This document shows, one piece after another, positions 1 through 12,024 of a DNA stretch of 32,000 nucleotides. The position numbers were made by a program, and so were the translations under genes. A model generated the notes under the pieces. It was not told the origin of the DNA. It saw nothing but the letters and a program-made list of their open reading frames with translations, and did not search any database. Position 1 is the first letter of the stretch, and the number at the start of each line of letters is the position of its first letter. The stretch lies in the sequence record OZ262643.1. One strand, given 5' to 3'.

Positions 1-61
1 TGTAATTTAGATAAAACAATAAAAAATACGAAGTAATAATGAATATATACATAATTCATAT

Positions 62-85
62 GCAAATATATCATATTATATTTGC
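62..85 (-). terminator. Putative 3' stem-loop downstream of psaC
   Basis: Inverted repeat gcaaatata (62-70) / tatatttgc (77-85) forms a perfect 9-bp stem with a 6-nt loop. It lies about 55 nt past the psaC stop. Function is inferred from position only. Confidence 0.3.
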
Positions 86-138
86 TAAAATTTAATAAAT
101 CAAATAATTTAACATAATTAACAAAATACAAATACAAG

Positions 139-390
<252 letters not shown>

Positions 391-523
391 TTAACTATTT
401 TTAAAAATTAAGTTTGAATCAATTAATCACTAAATAAATTATAACATAATTATAGGACTAATGAAAATATTGTGATAATATATTACAAAAAATTGTTTAG
501 AGAATATTAATACAAATTACACA

Positions 524-3500
524 CTAATTTATGATACTAGAATACGAAGAATACTCTATATTTGTTAACGATGTGTTTTGTTCAGAAGGTGGAACTATTT
601 GCCAAAACATCGGTAAATAATATTGCCAACTATCAAGTATCCTTCTAGCTTTAAAACTTTTAGTTTTAATTTCATACAATTCAATTGTACTTAATAGTTG
701 CTCTTCAGCTTCTTTAGTAATAATTCTTTGAACTTGAACTATCTCAGAATTCATTTTCAAGATTAATTCTTCATTTTCATCCAAAAAGTAAGCTAATCCT
801 CCGGTCATCCCAGCACCAATATTTCTACCAAATTGACCTAAAACAATTACAAGACCACCTGTCATATATTCACAAGCATGGTCACCAACACCTTCAATCA
901 CTGTTTGAGCAGATGAATTACGAACAGCAAATCTTTCTCCGGCTTGGCCATTCACAAATAAATAACCTCCAGTAGCACCATATAAGCAAGTATTTCCTAT
1001 GATAACATAGTCAGAAGCATCATGTTTATTTTCTACAGGAGGTACAATAACTATTTCACCACCGTTCATACCTTTACCAACATAATCGTTAGCTTCACCT
1101 GTTAAATTCAAATGCATACCATTACATATAAAGCAACCAAAACTCTGACCAGCAACTCCTTGAAAATTCACTTGTAAGTTACCAGAAAAATTTTGCTGAC
1201 CGAATTGTTTAGTAATAATACCAGAAATTCTAGCACCAACACAACGATCCGTGTTTTTTATTGAGAGAGTCTTAGTTACATCTAATTGATGATCGATAGC
1301 GTATAAGAGATTATAATTAATCAATAAACTGTCATCTAAAACTTTACCATTACTATGTATATTATTATGAAAACTTAATACATGATTAATATTAGAATTT
1401 TTAAGCAAAATATCTAAATTAAGATTAGATGTTTTCGTTATGTTAGTATAATCACAAGCTAACAGATTTTTTCTGCCTATAACATCTTTTAAGCTTCGAT
1501 ATCCTAACTCAGCTAAAACCTCTCTCACTTCTTGAGCAATAAAAATAAAAAAATTCACTAAATCGGCGGGAATACCTGGATAACGATTACGTAAATCTTG
1601 CCTCTGTGTGGCAACACCAACTGGACAGTTGTTAGTGTGGCAAATTCTTGCCATAACACATCCTGTCGCAATCATAGCAATAGTACCAAAACCAAATTCC
1701 TCTGCACCCATTAAGGCAGATAAAATAATATCTTTTCCTGTCCTTAGACCACCATCAACCCTTAATATTACCCTATCTCTTAGATTATTTTCAACTAGAG
1801 TTTCATGAACTTCAGTTAAACCTAATTCCCATGGTACACCTGCATGCTTAATTGAACTTAATGGGGAAGCTCCTGTACCACCATCATGACCGGAAATCTG
1901 TATTACATCAGCATTACCTTTAGCTACACCAGCAGCAATTGTCCCAATACCAACAGATGCAACTAACTTAACAGATATTTGAGCTCCAGGATTAATTTGA
2001 TGCAAATCAAAAATTAATTGAGCCAAATCTTCTATAGAATAAATATCATGATGAGGTGGTGGAGAAATCAAAGTAACACCTGGTTTACAGTTTCTTAACG
2101 TAGCTATATAAGGGCTAACTTTCTTTCCTGGCAACTGACCACCTTCACCAGGCTTCGCACCTTGAGCTATCTTAATTTCTAATTGCTTAGCATTAACTAA
2201 ATACTCAGGAGTAACCCCAAAGCGCCCAGATGCTATTTGTTTGATAGCAGAACTAGCAATATCTTTATTCTTTAACCCTTTAAGGTGAGCAAAACTAGAA
2301 GAAACACCGAGATCATCTATATCTGTAATAGGTCTAAATCGAATAGAATCTTCGCCACCTTCGCCTGAGTTAGATTTTCCACCGATTCTGTTCATAGCAA
2401 CCGCTAAGGTTTCATGAGTTTCACGAGATAAAGCTCCTAAAGACATACCGCCTGTACAAAACCGTTCTAATATTGATTCAATGGGCTCGACTTCACTTAC
2501 ATGAAGAGGCTTATTCTCACTAACAAAAACTAATAAGTCTCTTAAATTAGTAGGAACTCTATTTTGTAGTAAGGATTTATACTGGTTATATAAATCAATA
2601 TCTGTATTACGGACAGCTTTATGTAAAGTCTTAGACATTTCTGGATTATTTACATGGTATTCTGCGCCTGGCCGATATTGAACATAACCTAAATTTGGAA
2701 GTTTTTTAGGTAACTGAGCAACAAAAGCTAATTGATACATCATAACAGATTGTTGGAACAACTCATCAGAATTCATACCACCTAAACGAGAAGTAGTATT
2801 CAAAAAGGACTTATTGACTATGTCACTAGCTAAACCAAGAATTTCAAAAATTTGTGCACCATGATAACTCGAAATTAAACAAATCCCCATTTTAGACAAG
2901 ATTTTTAACAAGCCTTTTTCTATTGCAGTACGATAATTATTCTGAGATTGATGAATATTAATTTTAGCTAATTTACCATTGGCCATGAGTTTTTGCGTCT
3001 TAGGATTATGCCACCATTGTCTAACAGTCAAAAAGGCAAGATATGGACATACCGCACTAGCTCCATAACCGATTAAACAAGCAAAATGATGCGTATTCCA
3101 ACACTGACCGGTTTCAACAATGATAGAAACTTTATGCCTCAATTGCACTTTGATTAAGTAATGATGCAATGATCCTACCATTAATAATGGTGGTATAAAC
3201 ATACAATTACTATTTAAATTGTCAACACGGTCAGTTAAAATAATTAGTTTTGCTCCTGAAGAAATATCTTCGATACATTTATTACAAATAATATCTATAT
3301 AACTATCAAAATTGGAGATTGAAGCATTAATTTCAAAAAAAGTGTTAAGTTTTGACACCTGAAATACACTTTGTGAGATTAATAAAAGTTCATTTTCATT
3401 AATAATGGGTGAATTTATTTGTATAGATTTAGCCATATACTCTGATGGCTCCAAAAAATTACCTTTAGGACCCAGATGAGTTACTAGAGACATAACTAAA

Positions 3501-5116
3501 CTTTCGCGTAATGGATCAATTGCAGGATTAGTTACTTGAGCAAAACGCTGCTTAAAATAATCATACAACAAATGTGGTTTATTGGATAATATAGCTAATG
3601 GTATATCATCACCCATACAAAACGTTGGTTCTTTTGCAGAACTAGCCATATGTTCAATAACTAATTGGACATCTTCGTTAGAATAACCAAAAGCGTTATG
3701 TAAACGAGAGATATAAGTTAAATCTACATTAGAACTACTATAATATGATTGAGATTCAATTTGAACTTGATTATTTTTTAACCATTGTCTATATGGAAGT
3801 CTCTGAGCTATTTTTTTCTTTAATGAGTAATTATCTAAGACTAAATTTTGCATCAGATCAACGCCAAACATTTGACCTGGTCCTAATCGTCCTTTAGTTA
3901 GAACTTTAGAAGGATTTATGTCAAATATACCTGTTTCAGATGACAAACAAACTAAGCCATCCGTAGTAATAACATACCTAGCCGGCCTTAAACCATTTCT
4001 GTCTAATGTAGCACCAACTGTTTTACCATCACTAAAAACAACCAAAGCAGGACCATCCCAAGGTTCCTGCAAATTGCTATAATATCTATAAAAATCAACT
4101 ACTTCAGGTGAAGAATTTGACGTAGGCTGATTATCATAAGCTTCAGGAATTAAAATCATTAATGATTCTTCAGGACTTTTCCCAGATTGGACAAGTAGCT
4201 CTAAAATAGCATCTAAATTTGCAGAATCACTATCAGTTAAGTTAGTAATAGGTGTTAAAGGACTGGAGTAATTTGACCAATCGCCTTCTTGAAATAATGG
4301 TTCACGAGATTTGGTCCAATTTAAATTACCCAAGAGAGTATTAATTTCACCGTTATGTGCCATGAAACGCATAGGTTGTGCTAAGGACCACTTAGGCATC
4401 GTATTAGTACTGAATCTTCTGTGATAAAGAGCAAAACTGGTAATATACGAAGGATTCTTTAAATCTAAATAGTATTTAGATAAGGACTCTGAACGTAACA
4501 TTCCCTTATAAACAATTACTTTAGAAGAAAAAGAACATATATAAAAGTTTTTATAAATATCAGGAGTTGTATTACTTACAACAGCTTCAATTTTTTTTCT
4601 AATTAGATATAAAACTTTTTCAAATTCTTTATCTCTAAAACTACGAGAACTAACCAAACACTGTACAACAAATGGTTCATTTTTTAAAGAATTTTTACCA
4701 AGAACCGTAGAATCAACTGGTACATTTCTCCAGTGGACAACACTTAAATTATACTCATTTAAAATCCAAGTAAAAATACTTTTTATGTACTCTAAGTGTT
4801 CATGGCGGAGAAAGATCATTGCAACAGCCATACATGTAGACTTATCAGCAGTGACATCATTTTCTGAAGGATTTATGATGTTCCAAGGTATACCAGTGGT
4901 AACACCAGCACCATCACCAGATGTACGATCCGCACTACAACCACCACGATGCTCCATACAATTTAACGCTTTTAACGCTTTTTGTAAAATTTGATTTGAT
5001 GACTTATTAGTAATAGAAGCCACAAAACCAACTCCGCAGGCATCTCTTTCATCTGTTAAGGAAGGAAAACCTAGAAAATGATCTAATTTATAAGTAAAAT
5101 TTCTTGATACTTGCAT
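524..5116 (-). CDS. gltB: Ferredoxin-dependent glutamate synthase (Fd-GOGAT)
   Basis: 1530-aa ORF with an ATG start. A short propeptide precedes the catalytic Cys ([12 protein letters not shown]). The amidotransferase, FMN-binding and C-terminal glycine-rich domains are colinear with GltB/GlsF. Confidence 0.97.
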   Translation of the reverse strand: MQVSRNFTYKLDHFLGFPSLTDERDACGVGFVASITNKSSNQILQKALKALNCMEHRGGCSADRTSGDGAGVTTGIPWNIINPSENDVTADKSTCMAVAMIFLRHEHLEYIKSIFTWILNEYNLSVVHWRNVPVDSTVLGKNSLKNEPFVVQCLVSSRSFRDKEFEKVLYLIRKKIEAVVSNTTPDIYKNFYICSFSSKVIVYKGMLRSESLSKYYLDLKNPSYITSFALYHRRFSTNTMPKWSLAQPMRFMAHNGEINTLLGNLNWTKSREPLFQEGDWSNYSSPLTPITNLTDSDSANLDAILELLVQSGKSPEESLMILIPEAYDNQPTSNSSPEVVDFYRYYSNLQEPWDGPALVVFSDGKTVGATLDRNGLRPARYVITTDGLVCLSSETGIFDINPSKVLTKGRLGPGQMFGVDLMQNLVLDNYSLKKKIAQRLPYRQWLKNNQVQIESQSYYSSSNVDLTYISRLHNAFGYSNEDVQLVIEHMASSAKEPTFCMGDDIPLAILSNKPHLLYDYFKQRFAQVTNPAIDPLRESLVMSLVTHLGPKGNFLEPSEYMAKSIQINSPIINENELLLISQSVFQVSKLNTFFEINASISNFDSYIDIICNKCIEDISSGAKLIILTDRVDNLNSNCMFIPPLLMVGSLHHYLIKVQLRHKVSIIVETGQCWNTHHFACLIGYGASAVCPYLAFLTVRQWWHNPKTQKLMANGKLAKINIHQSQNNYRTAIEKGLLKILSKMGICLISSYHGAQIFEILGLASDIVNKSFLNTTSRLGGMNSDELFQQSVMMYQLAFVAQLPKKLPNLGYVQYRPGAEYHVNNPEMSKTLHKAVRNTDIDLYNQYKSLLQNRVPTNLRDLLVFVSENKPLHVSEVEPIESILERFCTGGMSLGALSRETHETLAVAMNRIGGKSNSGEGGEDSIRFRPITDIDDLGVSSSFAHLKGLKNKDIASSAIKQIASGRFGVTPEYLVNAKQLEIKIAQGAKPGEGGQLPGKKVSPYIATLRNCKPGVTLISPPPHHDIYSIEDLAQLIFDLHQINPGAQISVKLVASVGIGTIAAGVAKGNADVIQISGHDGGTGASPLSSIKHAGVPWELGLTEVHETLVENNLRDRVILRVDGGLRTGKDIILSALMGAEEFGFGTIAMIATGCVMARICHTNNCPVGVATQRQDLRNRYPGIPADLVNFFIFIAQEVREVLAELGYRSLKDVIGRKNLLACDYTNITKTSNLNLDILLKNSNINHVLSFHNNIHSNGKVLDDSLLINYNLLYAIDHQLDVTKTLSIKNTDRCVGARISGIITKQFGQQNFSGNLQVNFQGVAGQSFGCFICNGMHLNLTGEANDYVGKGMNGGEIVIVPPVENKHDASDYVIIGNTCLYGATGGYLFVNGQAGERFAVRNSSAQTVIEGVGDHACEYMTGGLVIVLGQFGRNIGAGMTGGLAYFLDENEELILKMNSEIVQVQRIITKEAEEQLLSTIELYEIKTKSFKARRILDSWQYYLPMFWQIVPPSEQNTSLTNIEYSSYSSIIN

Positions 5117-5349
5117 ATTGAATATTTAAATTACAGTTATACAATAGTAGATAAATTTAATCTATCTATATAATTAAGAATATAAAATGGTATTAACTAA
5201 TTAAATACCAGTAATGTCAACAAAAATTAATTAATAGCTAAATTAAAGTATTATTCTTATAATATTACACATATTTTACTAAAACATACATTTTGTATAA
5301 ATAACTAATGATTAGTGATTCAAAAATCTTAGGTTAATCCTCTTAATAT

Positions 5350-5586
5350 ATGAAAGAATATAATGAATATACTAAAATAAATTTAGACTACATAAATTAT
5401 AAAACAGAAGAGTTACTTGAATTAGCACAAAATAGATATAAAATAACGATACAAGTAGCTAACAGAGCAAAAAGAAGAAAATATGAAGATATAGATATAG
5501 TCGATGATTATATTAACAAACCAATTGTCAAAGCAATCATAGAAATGGTTGATGAAATTACAGAACCAGAAATACTAGATGATTAA
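5350..5586 (+). CDS. rpoZ: RNA polymerase omega subunit-like protein (ycf61)
   Basis: 78-aa ORF. The core NRYKITIQVANRAKRR...KPIVKAIIEM resembles the RpoZ/ycf61 motif (NRY..v..va.RAk) known from red-algal plastids and cyanobacteria. Confidence 0.65.
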   Translation: MKEYNEYTKINLDYINYKTEELLELAQNRYKITIQVANRAKRRKYEDIDIVDDYINKPIVKAIIEMVDEITEPEILDD

Positions 5587-5718
5587 AAAGACAGATAAAG
5601 AAATTTTTAATATATTTTAACAATAAAATTAGTATTTTAATATAAAATATGAATTAACCTAAATAAATGAGTCAATAAGAATAACTATTTAGCTTTTAAT
5701 TTACAAGGAGATATAATA

Positions 5719-6237
5719 ATGTTAGACGCATTTGCAAAAGTTGTTGCACAAGCTGATGCCAGAGGAGAATTTTTAAGTAACAAACAACTAGAAGCTCTAG
5801 AAAAGATCGTAACAGAAGGCAATAAACGTTTAGATACAGTAAATAAGATTAATTCAAATGCTTCTGCAATAGTTACAAATTCAGCTAGAGCATTATTTGC
5901 CGAACAACCCCAATTAATTCAACCAGGGGGTAATGCCTATACTAGTAGACGTATGGCCGCATGCTTAAGAGATATGGAGATCGTATTGAGATATGTAAGT
6001 TATGCAATGATAGCGGGTGATTCAAGTGTTTTAGATGATAGATGTTTAAATGGACTAAGAGAAACATATCAAGCATTAGGCACTCCAGGAGCATCTGTAG
6101 CAGTAGCTATTCAAAAAATGAAAGAAGCTTCAATAGCCTTAGCAAATGATCTAAACGGTGTATCAGCAGGAGATTGCAGCTCTTTAATTTCTGAACTCAG
6201 TATATATTTTGATAGAGCTGCTGCTGCAGTAGTATAA
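5719..6237 (+). CDS. cpcB: C-phycocyanin beta subunit
   Basis: 172 aa, beginning [20 protein letters not shown]. Bilin-binding Cys residues are present in AACLRDMEI and GDCSSL. GGAG lies 8 nt upstream of the ATG. Confidence 0.95.
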   Translation: MLDAFAKVVAQADARGEFLSNKQLEALEKIVTEGNKRLDTVNKINSNASAIVTNSARALFAEQPQLIQPGGNAYTSRRMAACLRDMEIVLRYVSYAMIAGDSSVLDDRCLNGLRETYQALGTPGASVAVAIQKMKEASIALANDLNGVSAGDCSSLISELSIYFDRAAAAVV

Positions 6238-6298
6238 AAAGTCAATATCACTATTCACTATAATTTAATTATCAAAAGATTGGAGACAAAATATTTTT

Positions 6299-6787
6299 AT
6301 GAAAACACCAATAACAGAAGCAATAGCATCAGCTGATAGTCAAGGAAGATTTCTAAGTAGTGCAGAATTACAATCAATCAACGGCAGATATCAAAGAGCG
6401 TCTAAAAGCTTAGAAGCTGCAAAAGTTCTAACTAGTAACGCACAAAGATTAATTACGGGTGCTGCACAATCAGTATATACAAAATTTCCATATGTCACTC
6501 AGATGCCAGGACCTACTTATGCATCTAGCGCAATAGGTAAAGCTAAGTGCGCAAGAGACATAGGTTACTATTTAAGAATGACTACTTACTGTTTAGTGGT
6601 AGGAGCAACTGGACCTATGGATGAATATTTAGTAGCTGGTTTAGAAGAAATTAACCGCAGTTTTGAATTATCTCCAAGCTGGTATATCGAAGCAATAGAA
6701 TATATTAAAAATACTCATGGTCTTTCAGGACAAGCAGCTAATGAGGCTAATACTTACTTAGACTATGCTATAAATGTACTAAGTTAA
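6299..6787 (+). CDS. cpcA: C-phycocyanin alpha subunit
   Basis: 162 aa, beginning [20 protein letters not shown]. The bilin-binding Cys is in [17 protein letters not shown] lies upstream, and the gene directly follows cpcB as in cpcBA operons. Confidence 0.95.
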   Translation: MKTPITEAIASADSQGRFLSSAELQSINGRYQRASKSLEAAKVLTSNAQRLITGAAQSVYTKFPYVTQMPGPTYASSAIGKAKCARDIGYYLRMTTYCLVVGATGPMDEYLVAGLEEINRSFELSPSWYIEAIEYIKNTHGLSGQAANEANTYLDYAINVLS

Positions 6788-7000
6788 CACTCCATAAATG
6801 ATATAATTTAAACATTTATTATTAGAGAGTAAAAGATCCTACAATAAACAGACAAGCTTTACATTAGGTAGGTCATAATATTTATATATAAATATTAAGG
6901 CTTACTTAGTAAGTATAGACAAATATAATTCAATATTTATTTACTATCATAAAATTATATATTTATAATTCATTAAATCACATCATCATTTTAGCTTGAT

Positions 7001-8563
7001 ATGCATAATCAACCCATTTCTCCTATAATCTTAACAATTTTAGATGGTTGGGGATATTCTAAAGAAATCACAGGAAATGCAATTAAATTGGCAAAAACAC
7101 CAACTATAGACGCTATTTGGGAACAATTTCCAAAGTCATTACTAAATGCATCCGGAGAAGAAGTTGGTTTACCTAAGAACCAAATGGGCAATTCCGAAGT
7201 AGGACATACAACCATAGGAGCTGGTAGAACTATTAATCAAGACTTAGTAAAAATTCAACAATCAATAGATAAAAAAGATTTTTTCAAAAATCCAATTATT
7301 CATCAGATATGTAAAAGTATTGATAATCGTGGGTCAAAACTACATATTATAGGTTTATGCTCAGATGGTGGGGTACATTCACATATCAATCATTTAAAAG
7401 CATTAATTCAAATTGTAAAAGATTACGAACATAATACATGTTTACATTTAATTACAGATGGAAGAGATACAAAGGCACAAATAGCAATAGACTTTCTAGA
7501 AGAAATAAGTAATGAGATTAAGGACTATCCAAATATAAGTATTTGTACTATTAGCGGCAGATATTATAGTATGGACAGGGATTGTAGATGGTCAAGAGTA
7601 GAAAAGACATATAAAATGTTAACTGATATTAGCAATATCAAAGAAACGATCAACTACCAAGCAGTAATCCAACACTATTATACTAATAACATTTCAGATG
7701 AATTCATTCCACCTACTAGGCTAAATTCAGGCAGTATATGCGATAATGATGGAATAGTCTTTTTTAACTTTCGTCCAGATAGAATGAGGCAATTAGTACA
7801 ATGTTTAGCAAAACCAAACTTTAAAGGATTTTCAACAAAGCAGATCAGCAATCTAAGATTTGCAACATTTACAGAATATGATCCTAAACTAAAGTTACCT
7901 ATCATCTTTCCACCAGAAAACTATAATAATTTTATAGGTGAAATAATATCAAAAAGTAATTTCAAGCAATTAAGATTATCTGAAACAGAAAAATATGCAC
8001 ACGTCACATATTTTTTCAACGGAGGAAAAGAAGAGCCATTTCCAGGCGAAGACAGAGAATTAATTCCAAGTCCTAAAGTTGACACATATGATACAACGCC
8101 AGAGATGTCAGCACGACAAATAACTAACAGTCTTCTTAGTGCCATAGATAAAAATTTATATCAGTTAATAATTGTTAACTATGCTAATCCAGATATGGTA
8201 GGACATACTGGCAACTTAACAGCAACAATTAAAGCAATTGAAATAGTAGATCAATGCATAGAAAGAATAGTAAAAAAAATTCAAAACACTGAATATTCTT
8301 TAATTATAACAGCAGATCATGGTAATGCAGACTACATGATTGATCAAAATAACCAAGCATGTAAATCACATAGCACAAATCCAGTACCATTTATATTAGT
8401 TAACAATCATAATACAAACAGTAATTTACTAAGACAAAAAGGTGATCTCTCAGATATAGCCCCAACAATTTTAGATTTATTAAAGATAGACATACCAACA
8501 GAAATGAACGGAAAATCACTAATCAATAAATATTATACTAATCAATTAAATAAAATAAATTAG
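7001..8563 (+). CDS. pgmA: 2,3-bisphosphoglycerate-independent phosphoglycerate mutase
   Basis: 520 aa. It has the iPGM signatures LTILDGWG and the catalytic-Ser motif MGNSEVGHTTIGAGR, plus C-terminal ADHGNA. Length is typical for iPGM. Confidence 0.93.
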   Translation: MHNQPISPIILTILDGWGYSKEITGNAIKLAKTPTIDAIWEQFPKSLLNASGEEVGLPKNQMGNSEVGHTTIGAGRTINQDLVKIQQSIDKKDFFKNPIIHQICKSIDNRGSKLHIIGLCSDGGVHSHINHLKALIQIVKDYEHNTCLHLITDGRDTKAQIAIDFLEEISNEIKDYPNISICTISGRYYSMDRDCRWSRVEKTYKMLTDISNIKETINYQAVIQHYYTNNISDEFIPPTRLNSGSICDNDGIVFFNFRPDRMRQLVQCLAKPNFKGFSTKQISNLRFATFTEYDPKLKLPIIFPPENYNNFIGEIISKSNFKQLRLSETEKYAHVTYFFNGGKEEPFPGEDRELIPSPKVDTYDTTPEMSARQITNSLLSAIDKNLYQLIIVNYANPDMVGHTGNLTATIKAIEIVDQCIERIVKKIQNTEYSLIITADHGNADYMIDQNNQACKSHSTNPVPFILVNNHNTNSNLLRQKGDLSDIAPTILDLLKIDIPTEMNGKSLINKYYTNQLNKIN

Positions 8564-8564
8564 T

Positions 8565-9131
8565 ATGGAGTTCATAAAATCAAATAAAATGAATTTTCAA
8601 ATTTGCACATTCAACAAATTTTATGCTATATGTATCTTACAATCCAATAGAATAAGACAACATAAGAATCTTATACATCATAAAAATAGGTGGATATTTC
8701 GCACTACATCAATTGGACAAGGATCTCTAACAAGATATTTTCAGTATAGAGGTGGTATGAAAACATCGCTAACTAAATTACAAATAGCAAATAATTCAAT
8801 AACACTGGAATCAAGAAAATTTAGATGTGTATGGATAGAACAAGAATTTTTCTTAAAACTTACTTTAGCTAGATCTTTATGGCAAACAATATATAATAAA
8901 ACTAATCAGTTTGGTCACTTCTCTAAGTTACCAATTGGTATAAATACTATAAGCAATAAGACAGATACTGAAAAGATCACTCATGAAGTATACTATGGAT
9001 ACTGTAAAGAGATGGAATTATTCCGTACACAAAGTAAAATAATAACCGGCAAAAAGTCTACCTTATATTATAAAAATAAATATAATATAACTATGCAAGA
9101 ATTTTTTCCGATAGTAAATAAAGTAATATAA
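8565..9131 (+). CDS. Hypothetical protein (unassigned 188-codon ORF between pgmA and secA)
   Basis: The ATG is 1 nt after the pgmA TAG (tagtATG). The open frame is about twice as long as any antisense or spurious ORF in this window. It is on the same strand as its neighbours and fills the gap exactly. The product is basic (K/R/H/N-rich) with no obvious TM segment, and I recognise no family. Confidence 0.55.
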   Translation: MEFIKSNKMNFQICTFNKFYAICILQSNRIRQHKNLIHHKNRWIFRTTSIGQGSLTRYFQYRGGMKTSLTKLQIANNSITLESRKFRCVWIEQEFFLKLTLARSLWQTIYNKTNQFGHFSKLPIGINTISNKTDTEKITHEVYYGYCKEMELFRTQSKIITGKKSTLYYKNKYNITMQEFFPIVNKVI

Positions 9132-9179
9132 ATCATAAACAACATTGAACTTAGCAAGGATAAGAGATGAATACACCAT

Positions 9180-11795
9180 ATGCTTAATTTTTTATCATAC
9201 CAACCACTTAATAAATATCAACCAGCAATTCAGAAAATTAATCAATCATACTATGTTATCAAAGAATATTCGGACAGTAAACTGCAAAAACAAACTGAAA
9301 AACTAAAGCTAGAAATAGCAAAGCACAACGCTGATATAGATAAAGTTTTGATTGAAGCATTTGCAACAGTAAAAGTAGCAATTTTTCGAGCAATCAATAT
9401 AAGTCTGTTCGACGTACAACTTTTAGGTGGCATTATTTTACACAAAAACAACATCGCCGAAATGAAAACAGGAGAAGGCAAAACATTAGTAGCATTACTT
9501 CCAGCATACTTAAATGCTTTGCGTATGAAAGGTGTCCACATAATAACTGTAAATAACTATTTAGCAGAACGAGATGCACAATTAGCACAAACAATTTTCA
9601 ACTACCTAGGAATCACAATTGGAATAGTAACGGAAAAAACAAATTATCAAGATAGGCAAAAAGAGTACTCTAAGAATATCACTTATATTACGAATAGTGA
9701 ATTAGGATTTGATTATTTACGTGATAACATGGCTATAAATCAAAATGATATAATACAAAGAAGTCTATACTATGCGATAATAGATGAAGTAGATTCCATT
9801 TTGATAGATGAAGCTAGAACACCACTTATTATTTCCGGTGAAACTACAATAAGTAATAATCTCTATGCAAAATCCAAAGAAACATCACAAAAGTTAGTCA
9901 ACAAAATTCATTATCAAGTGGATGAAAAAGCTAGAAATATTACTTTAACAGAAGAAGGTGTATCAGTTTGCGAAAAAATTTTACAAATAGAAAATTTATA
10001 CAGTATTAGTAGCCCATGGCTTAAATATCTAATTAATGCTTTAAAAGCAAAAGAACTCTTTTTAAAAAACAAAGATTACATAGTTAAAGGTAATAAAATA
10101 ATAATAGTAGATGAATTTACAGGCAGAGTAATGGAAGGTCGAAGATGGAGTGATGGACTACATCAATCAATTGAAGCTAAAGAAAATGTACAAATTGAGA
10201 AGGAAAATAAAACTTTAGCATCTATAACTTACCAAAATCTTTTTTTGCTATATACACAATTATGTGGAATGACCGGTACGGCAAAAACAGAGGAGAATGA
10301 ATTTCTTAACATATATAAAATGAATGTGATAGAAATACCAACAAACAAAAAATGTATCAGGAAAGACTTAGCTGATTTAGTTTACCAATCAGAGTACAAT
10401 AAATGGCAAGCAATAACCAATGAATGTCTTGATATGTATCAGATAGGCAGACCTACTCTAATTGGAACCACCAGTATTGAAAAATCCGAACTACTAGCTA
10501 ATATGTTAAACGAACTCCATGTATCATATAATTTACTAAATGCAAAACCAGAAAATAATAACAAAGAGGCAAAAATTATTTCTGAAGCAGGAAGGAAACA
10601 TAAGATTACAATCTCAACCAATATGGCAGGTAGGGGAACAGATATTATATTAGGTGGTAACGAAAACAAAATCACTGAAGAGCTTATTGAAGATTATATT
10701 ATTAATAATAAAAACATCGAATTAAATAATAAAAAAAGTACAAGCATTCAACAAATTTTGAGCATTATAGAAACACAAATACTTGATGAATTTATAGACC
10801 AATCTATTAAAAAAAATCAAGATATCTCAAAAATCACAGAAAACATTTACAATGCAAAAGATAATGACAAAGTGTATCAGATTTTTCAAAAACTTACATC
10901 TATATATAAACAAATTTGCAATCGAGAAAAAGAAGAAATAATTGAATTAGGAGGATTATATGTAATCGGAACAGAAAGACATGAATCCAGAAGAATAGAC
11001 AACCAGCTTAGAGGTAGATCAGGCAGACAAGGTGATAAAGGATCATCACGTTTTTTTCTTAGTTTACAAGACAACTTATTTAGGATTTTCGGAGGTAATA
11101 ATATTAAAAACTTAATGACAAATTTACAAATAGATGATAGTACACCAATAGAATCAGTAATTCTTAGTAAAAGTTTAAGCAATGCACAAAAAAAAGTTGA
11201 AGCATACTTTTACGATATAAGAAAACAACTATTTGAATACGATGAAGTCATAAATAATCAAAGAAAAGCAATTTACAAAGAAAGAAGATCAATCTTAAAT
11301 TCATCATTTACTAAGGATTGTATTATTGAGTATGGAGAATATACAATTAAAGAGATGCTTAGATCATATGATAAAAATAAAAAAGATACATTAATCCTAG
11401 AACAAATATTACAATTATTAAATATAGAACAGTATGTTAATATAACATTCATAAAAAACATTAAAATCACAGATCTTGAACAAATTTTATATCAACAATT
11501 TAGAATTAGCTACGATTTAAAAGAAACTTACTTAGAACAACTTAGGCCTGGCTTAATTAGGCAATTAGAAAAATACTATTTACTACAACAAATTGATAAA
11601 GCATGGCAAGAACATATAGAAAGAATGAATCTACTAAAAGAATATATTGGATGGAGAAGTTATGGACAACAAGAACCACTGATAGAATATAAAAATGAAG
11701 GCTTTCACTTATTTATTAATATGACTACTTATATCCGTCAAACAGTAATATATCTTATCATGAGATCTAGATTAATTATTGATGTAACAAATTAA
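9180..11795 (+). CDS. secA: Preprotein translocase ATPase SecA
   Basis: 871 aa. Walker A is MKTGEGKT, the DEAD-like box is IIDEVDSILIDEARTPLIIS, and GRGTDI and TERHESRRIDNQLRGRSGRQGD are present. Confidence 0.97.
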   Translation: MLNFLSYQPLNKYQPAIQKINQSYYVIKEYSDSKLQKQTEKLKLEIAKHNADIDKVLIEAFATVKVAIFRAINISLFDVQLLGGIILHKNNIAEMKTGEGKTLVALLPAYLNALRMKGVHIITVNNYLAERDAQLAQTIFNYLGITIGIVTEKTNYQDRQKEYSKNITYITNSELGFDYLRDNMAINQNDIIQRSLYYAIIDEVDSILIDEARTPLIISGETTISNNLYAKSKETSQKLVNKIHYQVDEKARNITLTEEGVSVCEKILQIENLYSISSPWLKYLINALKAKELFLKNKDYIVKGNKIIIVDEFTGRVMEGRRWSDGLHQSIEAKENVQIEKENKTLASITYQNLFLLYTQLCGMTGTAKTEENEFLNIYKMNVIEIPTNKKCIRKDLADLVYQSEYNKWQAITNECLDMYQIGRPTLIGTTSIEKSELLANMLNELHVSYNLLNAKPENNNKEAKIISEAGRKHKITISTNMAGRGTDIILGGNENKITEELIEDYIINNKNIELNNKKSTSIQQILSIIETQILDEFIDQSIKKNQDISKITENIYNAKDNDKVYQIFQKLTSIYKQICNREKEEIIELGGLYVIGTERHESRRIDNQLRGRSGRQGDKGSSRFFLSLQDNLFRIFGGNNIKNLMTNLQIDDSTPIESVILSKSLSNAQKKVEAYFYDIRKQLFEYDEVINNQRKAIYKERRSILNSSFTKDCIIEYGEYTIKEMLRSYDKNKKDTLILEQILQLLNIEQYVNITFIKNIKITDLEQILYQQFRISYDLKETYLEQLRPGLIRQLEKYYLLQQIDKAWQEHIERMNLLKEYIGWRSYGQQEPLIEYKNEGFHLFINMTTYIRQTVIYLIMRSRLIIDVTN

Positions 11796-11886
11796 GACAA
11801 TAAAACATTGACAGGATTATAAAAATGATTTAGTCTATATTTTATACTTTATAATGCTAAATAATTAAAGTATTCAAATAACTCAC

Positions 11887-11959
11887 GCCCCCATCGTCTA
11901 GAGGCCTAGGACATCTCCCTTTCACGGAGGTAACGGGGATTCGAATTCCCCTGGGGGTA
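11887..11959 (+). tRNA. trnE: tRNA-Glu (UUC)
   Basis: 73-nt cloverleaf GCCCCCA...TGGGGGT-A. The anticodon loop is CTTTCAC and the T-arm is GGGGA TTCGAAT TCCCC. Confidence 0.93.
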
Positions 11960-12024
11960 TATTACTTCTATTATAAAATAGTAATACGAAAGACAGTAAA
12001 TTAAATAATTGCTTTACACTCAAG

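Noticed and set aside
1608-4994. Track ORFs 1608..1808(+) and 4785..4994(+), antisense to gltB
   Set aside because: They lie entirely inside and opposite a highly conserved 1530-aa gene. Their products are low-complexity with no recognisable family. These are typical shadow ORFs.
5117-5349. Scanned the larger spacers for plastid ncRNA genes (ssrA/tmRNA, rnpB, ffs) and extra small ORFs. The spacers were 5117-5349, 6788-7000, 14663-14882, 16736-16906, 19555-19715, 24119-24348 and 28990-29171.
   Set aside because: I saw no tRNA-like ends, no GC-rich helices and no conserved SRP or RNase P motifs. All small ORFs close within about 12 codons. A covariance-model scan would be needed for certainty.
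6876-6897. 22-nt perfect A/T-only palindrome in the cpcA-pgmA spacer, and an 18-nt palindrome ttcaaataattatttgaa at 31550-31567 between ycf55 and ycf53
   Set aside because: They could be 3' hairpins. They consist almost entirely of A-T pairs in AT-rich spacers, so they have low stability and a high chance expectation.
7009-8145. Track ORFs 7009..7215(-), 7678..7905(-) and 7921..8145(-), antisense to pgmA
   Set aside because: These are shadow ORFs inside a conserved gene, with no motifs.
9251-11470. Track ORFs 9251..9541, 10439..10675, 10886..11182 and 11273..11470 (all -), antisense to secA
   Set aside because: These are shadow ORFs inside secA. At most 98 codons, they are in the size range expected by chance opposite a long gene.
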